Positions 38,226 to 49,598 of a DNA stretch of 64,000 bases are shown here, one piece after another. The notes below the pieces were generated by a model. That model worked only from the letters and a program-made list of their open reading frames with translations, was not told where the DNA came from and ran no database searches. Position numbers and translations under genes: made by a program. The stretch's first letter is position 1. Each line of letters begins with the position of its first letter. Source of the stretch: Eledone cirrhosa (lineage: Eukaryota); NCBI GenBank assembly GCA_964016885.1, contig OZ024763.1:30070001-30134000 (forward strand), written 5' to 3'.

Positions 38226-39155
38226 TATATATGTATGTATGTATGTATATATGTATATTTGTGTGTGTGTGTGTGTGTATTCATAAGCCCAATTGTCTAT
38301 GATGATAAGGTCCCCCTATCTTTGTATATTTATATGTCGATGTCTATTTCCACAAGGCATTTCTGGTCCTCGATGTTGTCACCGCCTGCTTTACGTAGCA
38401 TCTTAACTATCTAATATTTATTCAGAGAGGTTCTCCCTTCATATCGCAAATATTCCTTTCTGACTCACTGAAAACTTGTCTTCCATCATCGAGTAAAAGT
38501 GATCTACATAAAGGATCTGTCTGATGTTGCTATGTATGTATGTAGGGACGTATAGCTTGCGAGAGAGTCTTGGTGACCCCACGTTGATATTCGGGGTGTC
38601 TTGGGTATTTTGTAAAAGCTGACTGATCCCATCTCTACCCTAGATCTGATCACAGGAGATATTTACCAGAGAAGGAGAGAAAGTAGGAGAAAGGAAGTAA
38701 GAAAGAGATATAGAAGAAGAATCGACCCCAGTACTACACTGGTACTTCGTTTTATCTACCTCGAATGGTGCTATAGTGGAACATTAACTTTGATGTACCT
38801 ATATAAGTCATACCTTTTCTATACGTCTGTCTATGTACAGGTGTGTGTATGTAAGTGTACGTGGCGTTGCAAGTTCGGTTTTCATAAGTATCTCTGTGAA
38901 ATTTTAACAAGAGCAAGCATGTGTCCTGATGGTTAGTCAATCGTTTTTAAGCTGGTATATGGTATGTGTTTTTAATATGTATATATATTTACATAGAAGT
39001 GAGTAAATATGAATGTATGGGTATGTATATACATATATAGACAGTCGATCGACCTTCGTCAGATCGGACCGACGAAACAATGTTTCCACTGGTCTTTCCA
39101 ATTGCTAATACTATCTATCGGTCGAAACTCCAAGTTGAAATAAATAAATTAATTA

Positions 39156-39201
<46 letters not shown>

Positions 39202-39994
39202 TAAAATATATATATAATAAAACAAGGACGAATGGGTACACCTTCATTACGTTTATTGGTTCGTGGCGCGCGTTTCGCTATTCATCAGCTTAAGGTTCGT
39301 TCTGTATCGATCTAGCCCGACTCTGTAATCAATAACTAGTATATATATGTGTGTATGTATATATGAAATCGCCCATGGGACACCCTGGTGTAATCTAAAT
39401 ACACAGAGTGTGGGGTTATCTGTTTTTAAATGATTACCCCTCCTCATATTCCCTTGTTTATATACTGTATTGTAATACATGGCAACCTTAATACTTAATA
39501 ATATCGAGATGAAAATATAAATGTTAATACAGTATTCCAGAAGTAAAATAGAGATCTAATGAGAGGAGGTGAGTATTATAACTTTTATAAGAAATAAAGA
39601 TCTAAAGACGAGTGAAAACTTTCATCAACGAAATCGTAATGTACACCAACGAAAATATGTCTACAGAATACAGATTAGTAAAATAAAGTTAGAGCAAATA
39701 AATGAGAGGTCACTTAACTTTACATATTTAGTTTTATTTATATCGTGAAAAATGTTGATCTTCAGATATTAAATTGTGGATGTGATTGTCTTTGTCTTTA
39801 CGTGTTTGTTGGAAATCCTTTTATAATGTTTGTCTTTCTTTAAACATTGTCTTTTTAAAAAATTAATTTTAGATTATTCGTACCTCATCTCTGGTCTCTT
39901 TTGATGGAGTCTACCTGTCCTGTTTATTGGTTTTATTTTAAAAGTAATCCATTGGAACATCAGATATTAAATGAAATGTTACGTAAAAGACACA

Positions 39995-40132
39995 CCATAT
40001 GTTTATTCCAGGTATTTAGAGAGATGTCCACTGACAACAAAATAATACAATAAGGAAATGCCATCATCCAGTAAACAATGGTAAGAACAAACAAAAACAA
40101 GAGAACTATTCAGCAGTTAATGAAGTGAATAC
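39995..40132 (-). pseudogene. Paralogous exon E6, internally deleted
   Basis: VLTIVY is joined directly to WMMAFPYCIILLSVDI (deletion between the two TTTACTG motifs), with a further frameshift. Confidence 0.55.
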
Positions 40133-40324
40133 ATAAAATTAAAAAAAAACATTCCTGAATAAAATAAATTTTTTACTTTCATTAAATTGTTTCTTTACTT
40201 TCTTTTATAAAACACACTTATTAATATAAATTAAGCACAGCATTGTAGGTTCAAATCTTACTTGCATGTATATATAGAAAGCACGTTTAACAATTTACGG
40301 GTACGACGAACTAAGCTGGAATGA

Positions 40325-41669
40325 GGTATGACATTATTGTAGACGGAGTTGTTGTAGGTTCAAATCAAGCCTAGAGCAATGAGAAATAAAGTCTAGATTT
40401 ACTTTATGAATTCAAGGACGTCCCGAAAAAGTCATGAATGCCACTACATCGAGTTTTCAACCGAACAAAATGTAGTTTTATAAATATTAATTTTCACAAC
40501 GAATTCGTACAGTCCCTATAATTTGCACACACGCAAAGTTTTTGCATCAATTTTTGCGTTTAAGTCAGGCAAGAGTTATGTTTCTTGGCAAAAATTTCAA
40601 GTTTGTTTACAAAAAAAATCCTTTTGTTTAAAAAAGTTCGCCTGAATTTTGACCAAAGATTTTCAATCTTTTCACTTCCGGTTTCTGTATTTTTCATAAA
40701 AAACAACAATAAATATGCTAGAAATAGCATCAAAGCAACGCATATACATGTATACACACATAAATACATATGTTTATTTATTTATTATGAGTACAAATTA
40801 AAGTTTAAGCAAAGAATCGCTGCTTTAAACTTGTTACGGGGTCGTCAGAAACAATAGTTTATTTGAATTACTTCCGAACAAAATGTAGTTTTATAAATAT
40901 TCGTACATTCTCTCTGGCCCAGTGGTATGTATTAGAAACGGTGAAATCCTGGTCTAGAGTTCAATCTCTATCTGGTTCTACACTATGGGTATTATTAAGT
41001 TTTAGTTTACCTCTTCTAAAATAAAAACCATTAAAAAGTAAGTTTATAAATATTAATTTTCACTACGATTTCATAACCGTCTCAGTGGTCTAGTGGTAGA
41101 CATTAGAGACAGTGGTGATATTGATTAGGGGTTCGATCTCTGTCAGGTGTACATGAAAACCTTGTACAGAAATTTTATTTTTATAAAAAATTGAAAAAGT
41201 AGGTTTATAAATATTAATTTTCAGTAAGATTTTATAACCGCCTCCGTAGACTAGTGGTGAGTATTAGAGGTGGTGGAGATGCTGGTCTGGGGTTCGATCT
41301 CAGTCAGATTCCTGCAACCTCTTTTTTTTCGTTCATTTTATGAAAAATATAAAAAAATTAAATTTCTCGAGAGATTCCTGACTGAGATTGAACCCCAGAC
41401 CAGCATCACCACTGTCCCAACACCTACCAATAGGCTACCAAGACAACTACAAAAATACTATCGAAATTAAAATTTATAAACCTACTTTCTATTTAAAAGA
41501 AAAATTGATGTAGTGGCCTTCATGGCTTTCCCAATGATATTAATTCAAAATGGTTCACTTTCATTTTTATTCTTCTCAAGCTTCCATAAAATATACCTTA
41601 TCATTTCTCTAGGGTTGATTTCATCCTACAACCTGATGATCTGCAGGGACATTCATCAATGGTCATACC
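40325..41669. repeat. Palindrome E with tandemly reiterated left-arm tRNA-like units
   Basis: The TTTATAAATATT block recurs at ~40478, 40890, 41043 and 41204. Three plus A/B-box units face one minus unit at 41376-41445. Confidence 0.8.
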
Positions 41670-41673
41670 CGAT

Positions 41674-41704
<31 letters not shown>

Positions 41705-41974
41705 TATATTTGATCCTGCAATGTTGTGCTCAGCAATAATGGTTTTCAATTCCGTCTTCCCTCCATCCTTGGTGTGTATATAAATCTATATATGTGATTT
41801 CAACGTACAACGACAATATATACATCATTTTTGTTTGATAATAATTAGATAAAACTAATTCTACAACCCCTCATAAACATTGAAACCACGACTATAAAAT
41901 ATAACAACAACCACGACATAACAGCTTTGGTTAAATATAATTTAATTAAATTATTGCTAGAGATTGATCCCTAA

Positions 41975-42165
41975 TATTTTATCTCACTCCTTAACCAGGG
42001 AGAAAATGTCCTCGGACTCGGACAATATTGATAAGGAGAGAGTGTATCCATACTTGGAAAGTCGTTCCAGTTAACATGGTATATAAAAGGCAGTAAGAGG
42101 TGACTTGTTACTCCTACGAACAACATTGTCAGTTAGCCTTCTATAGCGAGGGAAGAAGGCTGTGT
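41975..42165 (+). promoter_or_regulatory. Pol II promoter-like module P4 (most diverged)
   Basis: TTATCT 41979, TGATAAG 42029, CArG-like CCATACTTGG 42048-42057, TATATAAAA 42080. Motif order and spacing are kept while the intervening sequence has diverged. Confidence 0.55.
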
Positions 42166-43648
42166 GTTTTTTCTCCTATCACATAACACATACAGTTGTC
42201 ATTCATTAGATATCAATATAGAAGAGAAAGAAAAAATTGTGAGCTTCACTCTTTTAAAAGTAACATTTATTACATTAGAGCAAAATCATGAATTAACGAT
42301 AGTTTGTGACACTAAACATGGAAACACTGCGAACAATTTTGAGACAAGCTAATTACTATGAGGACAAATCTTCAACGCCAAGATATTTCTAAAGAAAACT
42401 GAAATGAGAAATTGATTAAAATGGAATAATTATTGAGACACCTTACAATATTTTTCGGGATATGTCTTACCTTATTTTGAAGAAATAAATGTTTCGGGAA
42501 AGAGTTAATAAGAAGCTATATATATATACATTGCTTATATATATATATATACTTTAATTATTATATTTGTACAACGAAGTTATAAAAAGGAAGCATGATT
42601 TGGTATCGAATGTGGAGCAAAAGACGAGCTTCTTATACCCCTCACAGAAGAATTGTGAATATGTATGAATATGAATTGAAAGATGGCTAACCTAACCATG
42701 TTGAAGCAAAAGAGGGAGACGGATAATAGAAATAATAAAACATTCTGTTCCCTAGCTAATTGCTGAAAAATCTAAAACTCTAGATGAACATGTATGATAC
42801 CACTGAGAAAATTGTCAACCGACATCCGTAAAAACGGTGAGGCTCTTGAAGCAACCAAGAGAAGAAGAAAACAGAAAACACTATAATTATTTAAGGATCT
42901 ATCTTGTGAAAGAAATGTGAACTTTTGTAAATTTAGAGGAGATAAATCTTAGGGGAGCAGGATAAAAATATAAAGACTATTTAAATATTAGTACACTATT
43001 CCATATAAATGTCAAGACTTGAAAATATCAACATTAGTTCACTATACCAAGGACAAACACTTAGAATTACAACTTTGGAGGAGATTAATCAAACGAGTGA
43101 CATGATAGAAATATTTAAAATAATGTTTTAATGAAAGCACTTCAAAATACAGAATTGGGGAAGAAAATGAAAATTAATAGATATATCAACCTACTTTCTA
43201 TTTTCGAAGCTTAATTGACGTGGTGGCGTTCATACCCTTCTCAGTCTTATTAATACCGCAAAGGTGTCGACATGTCTTTTACTATTCTGTAGTTTTCAGA
43301 AAATATATCATGATTTTATTTTTATCTCTTTTGGTTTGATTTGAAGCTATAACCACCTGATGTCCTTCAACTGTCATACCTCAGTGTATAGATGGTGGCC
43401 TGGCTTGATGGTTTCTAAACAGATAGCCCTTTAAACTTGTGTTGCGTATGCAATAATCGTATCAGCAAATGATGATGGGACCATGTTGAAGCAACGTTAT
43501 GTGCATCCTTCCAAATTCGATATGGTAAGCTATGTTCTTTTTATCAGCTTCGGCTTTTATTTATAAACGTTTATGTACGTACGAGTCTAGATAAGCGTAC
43601 GTATGTATACCTGTTTAAGCTTGTGTGTATATAAGTATTTATAATAAT

Positions 43649-43930
43649 TGTTTCTACGTTTGACACAAGGCCAGCAATTACCCAGTACATTACTTGTACT
43701 TTCTTTTATCGACCCTGTAAGGATGAAAGGCAAAGTTAACCTCGGCGGGATTTGAACTCAGAATGGCAAGGGCCGTAACTCTATACGTCAAAGCATGGCG
43801 TCCGACCCTCTACTGATACTGCCAATCCACCGCCCTCTAAACAACGCCTTTCATCCTTACGGGGTCGATAAAATAAAGTACCAGTAATGTACTGGGTAAT
43901 TGCTGGCCTTGTGGCTAAAGTAGAAACAAT
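43649..43930. mobile_element. Composite head-to-head double SINE insertion
   Basis: Full minus SINE ~43649-43835 plus truncated plus SINE ~43846-43930, inside one 19-bp duplication TATAAGTATTTATAATAAT (43630-43648, 43931-43949). Confidence 0.9.
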
Positions 43931-44902
43931 TATAAGTATTTATAATAATGTTGTCCTCCCCACTTTATTGTGACAACTACTACTATTAATAATTTTAACA
44001 ATATTTTTATTATTAATTCCACACGTCTCTTATCCTCAACACTTGCTATGGCTTTCCCTCTTACATGTGATATATACTTACTATATATTTACTAATCAAC
44101 ATTTAATGGAAGGTGTAGAGATGTGTGACGGGACATCTGGCGGAATCCTTAGTGGCGACATGAGAACTCCGTACACCTGTGCACCCGTATATATTTATAT
44201 GTATATGTGTGTGTGTGTGTTCATAAGCCCAAATGTCTATGATTATAAGGTAACCCTATGTGTGTTATGTCCATTTCCACATGGCATCTCTGGTCTTCGA
44301 TGTTGTCGCCGCCTGCTTTACGTAGCATCTGAACTATCTAATATTTATTCAGAGAGGTTCTCCCGTCATATCGCAAATATTCCTTTCTGACTCACGGAAT
44401 ACTTGTCTAGCATTATCGAGTGAAAGATATAAAAGATATCTCTGATGTTTCTATGTATGTATGTAGGGACCTATAACTTGTGAGGGAGTTGTAGAGGTCC
44501 CACATTGACATTCGGGGTGTTCGGGGTATTTTGTATAAGGGGACAGATCCGATCTCTACCCCAGATAGGTTATGTTTTCCTGAGACGGATATAGAGTGAG
44601 AGAAAGGAATTCAGAAAGATATATAGAAGAATTGACCCCAGTACTACACTGCTACTTCGTTCTAACTACCTCGAATGGTTCAATAGTGGAACAAAATCTT
44701 TGATGTACCTATATAAGTCATACCAGTTCTATTTGTGTGTTTATGTACATATGTTTCCGTCAGTGTACGTAGAGTAGCAAGTTCGGTTTTCACACGAGCA
44801 AGCAAAGCATGTGTCCTGATGGTTTGTCAATCGTTATTATGCTGGTATATATGTGTTTTTAATATATATGTATGAGTATTTGCATAGAAGTGTTTATGCA
44901 TG

Positions 44903-44949
<47 letters not shown>

Positions 44950-45423
44950 GAGAAGATATGTATCATAAGAAAAGAGGAGACAAAAAAGTGTGGTACAGTA
45001 TACTAGACGCCAATAGCCGAAGCGAGGTGTGCTCAATGCTTAAGGTGCAGAGTTAAATATTAAAGAAGGGTTATTATTTAATGAATATATATGTGTACGT
45101 ATATATGAAATCGCCCAGGTTGGGAAACCCTGGGGTAAGCTAAATAAAGATAGTTGAGAGATCAGTTTTTAAATAATTATCCCTTCCCTACTTCCCCTTG
45201 TCTGTAGACTGTATTCTAAATATTATATAACAACCTTAATACTTAATAATATAGACATGAAAATATAAATGTTAATACAGTATTCCAGAAGTAAAATATA
45301 GATCTAATGGGAAGAGGTGAGATTAAAGGTAAATGACACCTCTCATTTGCAATATTTTTATTGTATTGTTGTATCTAAGTATTATAGATGATTTAAATTT
45401 TATTTTGTATAAAAAGAAATATC

Positions 45424-45613
45424 ATTGTTTCTACTTTTGGCACAAGGCCAGCAATTATCCCAGTGCATGACTGGTACTTTATTTTATCGACGCCGTAAGG
45501 ATGAAAGGTAAAGTTAACCTCAGCGGGATTTGAACTCAGAGCGTAAAGGGCCGTGACTCTATGCTGCAAAGCATGGTGTCCGACTCTCTACGGATACTGC
45601 CAATCTACTGCCC
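45424..45613 (-). mobile_element. Full-length tRNA-derived SINE
   Basis: Reverse complement of the 26864 family. 15-bp duplication TATAAAAAGAAATAT at 45408-45422 and 45635-45649. Confidence 0.9.
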
Positions 45614-45849
45614 TTAAAATTGTATTATATTTCTTATAAAAAGAAATATAATACAATATTTACAGAACGAAAGCACAAACAAATATATAATATAATATAA
45701 TATAAAGGAAAGGGAAAGGAAAAACAAAAGAAAAAAAAACACAGAAGCTAGATGTTTCGACAGCTAGATCCGAACTAATTTGTTTGCAACGTGTTTTAAT
45801 ATGAAATCGTATGTCGAAACAAATTATATTTGGGAAGGGTCATATTGTT

Positions 45850-46555
45850 ATAGTATTGCCAAAAATATATAATAAAACAGTTTGGGTTGGGTTGGTTTTG
45901 GCTTCCGTATATTCTACATCCCTATAGTTAATTTAGCTGGCAATCAATGTTTATCATTGATTGACCAACTGTTTATATATATATATATTTATTTATAGTC
46001 TGAATTCTTTCATCACACACTTGTGACATTATCAGTGATATTATTGTTTCCTCCCGTTGTATTGTAATGTTTACTTATTCAATTGTTTATTTATTTGTCT
46101 CGATTTCCGAATGTGTTTCTATGCGCGTTTTCTGTTTGGTTTGTGTTCGTGTTTGTATTCTATCTTTGGTCACTAGTGTGTATTTGTATGGTTGTTGTTG
46201 TTCCATTCAAGTTTTCTGTTCTACTTCGGCTTTCTTGGTTCTATTTCAGTTGCTTCCCTAATTCAGGGATTTTATAGTAGATCCTGGCTTTTCTACCACT
46301 TTAATCTTTCTTATGGCCTTTGATTGGTTGTTGTACCATCATTACAATACAACAGGAAGAAACAATAGTATCACTGATCTCACAGGTGTGTGACGAAAGA
46401 ACTCTGGGAGACTATATATATATATATAAAACTGTTGGTCAATCAATAAAACATTGATTGCTAGTTAAATTAACTATAGGGATAGATATAAAATATATGG
46501 AAGTGAAATCCAACCCAAACCAAAAAGTGAGTTTTATTATTTCTGGCAATATAAT
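45850..46555 (-). mobile_element. Penelope-like retroelement remnant with inverted terminal repeats
   Basis: ~220-bp inverted arms (45850-46069 and 46339-46555). The interior 46203-46308(-) translates KIKVVEKPGSTIKSL and IREATEI..RKPK*NRKLEW, resembling the PLE linker and GIY-YIG C-terminus. The arms hold decayed CTGAT..GAAA motifs. Confidence 0.7.
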
Positions 46556-46647
46556 AATATCCCCCACCCCTATATATATTTATATATATATATATATATA
46601 GGGGTGGGGGATATTATTATATTTCCAGAAATAATAAAACTCACTTT
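46523..46647. repeat. Near-perfect inverted repeat around a (TA)n tract
   Basis: AAAAGTGAGTTTTATTATTTCTGGCAATATAATAATATCCCCCACCCC (TA)n GGGGTGGGGGATATTATTATATTTCCAGAAATAATAAAACTCACTTTT. Confidence 0.92.
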
Positions 46648-46702
<55 letters not shown>

Positions 46703-46860
46703 ATAATAGTAAATTTGAAGACTAAAATCCAAAGAGGGCTCGATAAGGATAAATATATATCAAATATATAAGAACCGTAGAGCAAATATTTATTAAAATA
46801 ACAGATCCCGTTAAGGGTGAAAGCAGCGATTCTTTGCTTAAACTTTAATCTGTTATTTTA

Positions 46861-46896
<36 letters not shown>

Positions 46897-46964
46897 GTAT
46901 GTATATGTATTCCCCATTTCTCTTTTTCTATTTATCATCTATTTATTTTTTAAATAACTGTTTA

Positions 46965-47251
46965 TAGTAATGGGCTAGAATGGTTTGACGTTGTACCTCT
47001 GTAGTTAGACGACTTAGATTTTCCATGCATTATGGCGTGAAACGACTGAGAGTACAAGATTCCACCCTGGACAGGGCGCCAGTCCATCGCAGGGTTAAAC
47101 CCCCATCTATTGTTGGTACTCATTTTCAGCTGAGTTTACTGGAGCAACGTGAAATAAAGTGTTTTGCTCAAGAACACAACACAGAACCCAGGAATCGAAC
47201 CCACGATGTTATGATTGTAAGTCCAAGACCCTTACCACTAGGCCACGTGCC
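46965..47251 (-). mobile_element. tRNA-derived SINE (complete duplicate of 1-241)
   Basis: Same A/B boxes and central domain, with the 3' tail present. Confidence 0.8.
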
Positions 47252-49558
47252 TCTACACACACACACACACACACACGTTACCCTTCTACAACTACACGCA
47301 TACTGATATCCCCTCCTGTTCAAAAGCCCCCACACTATCTCCATGTTAGCCCCCCACACACACACACTCTCGCCATGTTTGTCTGTCCCCCCCCCATCAC
47401 ACACTCGCCATGTTTGCCCCCCCCCCCCCATCACCACCACCACCACACTATCATGTTTGCCCCCCACGACACTCTCGCCATGTTTACCCCCCCCCCCACC
47501 GCACTCTTCATGTTAGCCCCCCACATACACACACCACACACCACACTCTTCATGTTAGCCATATTACCTCCACATTGTTGATGTTAACCCTATATTCTCT
47601 AAATTAACCCCCACGCAAAAAATTACCCCCCTACTCACACACACACTGTTCATATAACAAATATTGTTTTAATTTTGTAGTGACCCAGTCCCGTCCTGGC
47701 AACCTTACAGAAGAAGGGGACGTCATTGTTCTGGCTGACCACACCAATACCCACCCATTTGCCCTCTGTCAATATAAACGTAAATATTATCTCTGAGATT
47801 GGTCTGGCTGTCTACCATCTCCAGTTTAAACTGACCGGAGATGGTAAACAACACTGTATATCTATGGTAAGTATTGATGGTTTATATGAAGGCTGTGTAT
47901 ATGTATGTTTGTGTGTGTGTTTGTGTGTATTTAACACTTTAGCATTCACATTACTCTATATCTACTATTGTATTTTCACAGTAAAGACTTGATCTCACAT
48001 AATTGTTCACATCGAATCTGAGATTTTGATGATGATATTATTTACTTTGAAAACAATACCTTAACATCAGTATGTGTGGCTAGTTACGGTCGGTTTGAAC
48101 AGAAAGAGGTGAGATAATTCTGGCCAGATATGGCCGGTTTAAATGCTAAAGGGTTAAACATGCGTATGTGTTCTCTCTTTCTCTCTCTCCCGGTCTCTGT
48201 CTCTCTCTCTCTGATGAGATGGGCTCCACCAGGTTTATAAATGCCCAAGGCACACTCTACATCTCTATGGCGCCCCGACTCCTCCAAGAGTTGGGGTACA
48301 CACACACACACACACACACACATGTGCAAGTAGAAGGGAGAGAGAACGTGAGATGGGAGACACACATACATGTGTGTCTCTCCCATCTCAGGTTCTCTCT
48401 CTTCTACTTACACACAGACACGCACGCGCACACACACAGTCAACACACACACAATCTACATTCTCCCTCCCTTCCTTCCCTCAGCCACAATAACCTTCCA
48501 CCACAAATACAGGGTGACCCCCCAAAAATGCATACACATATTTATAAGAATATTGTTGAAGCGTGTATACATTTTGGGGGGACACCCTGTATATGATACA
48601 TAAACTAAATAAATAAAACTCATAAATTAACCTTCTGACCCCTGGTGGTATTTCTTTCTTAGTAGGAGGAAACAACTGGTCACTACCAAATAGAAATTTA
48701 TGTGCCAGAGGGAAGGAGTGATGCTATTGATCAAACACAAGCCAGGAGTATCATCTGCCCCTCTCCTGTACTGAAGGAGTCTACCAGTTTGATGTTTATA
48801 CCAACAGGTTTGTTATATCTATATTATCTATACATATTAGTATATTGGTCAAGTAGTATATTTGATTCTTATATATATATATATATATATCTTTTCATCC
48901 GTCTGAGTTTTCCTGCTTGCAAGGGTGGGACGGGTCCTATTCAGCACAGCATCTCTCCATCGTCACTGTCCTTCGTCGTTATCTGTGAGTTTCAGCGATC
49001 TGAGGTCAGCTCTCACCACTCCCGCCCATGATTTTCGTGGTCTTCCTCTACTGCATCTTCCTTCTACTGGGATTTCTTGGCACTTCTTTACCCAGCGGTC
49101 ATCCTCCATGCGCATCACATGTCCATACCATCGCAGTCTTCTCTCCTGCACACCACAACTTATCCCTCTTATACCCAGTTTCTTTTTCAACTCGTCTATA
49201 CTTGGTCGTTCACACACACTGACATTGCACATCCAACGGAGCATGCTTGATTCATTTCTCTCCAGCCGTCGCATATCCTCCGCAGTTGCTACCCATCTCA
49301 CACAAGCATCATATAACTGGCTTTTCGTTCGTAGGGAGAAACCCTTTGTCAACAGAATGATATAGAAATGACTTCTACAGGACTAGAACTTTCATTTCAA
49401 GGAAATCGGGGCTTTCCTGATGATTTCCTTCGAATGAAATATTTCTAGTCCTGTAGAAGCTATTTCTATATTATATTTTGTATATACTCTACTAATGTAT
49501 TGAGTACTTTACCTACTGTGGTTTCCCCCTCGATTGAACCAGAGACTCTCACACACAC

Positions 49559-49598
<40 letters not shown>

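Noticed and set aside
41240-41309. Bona fide tRNA gene (Asp/Glu-like D loop)
   Set aside because: Acceptor and anticodon stems do not pair and the T loop is short.
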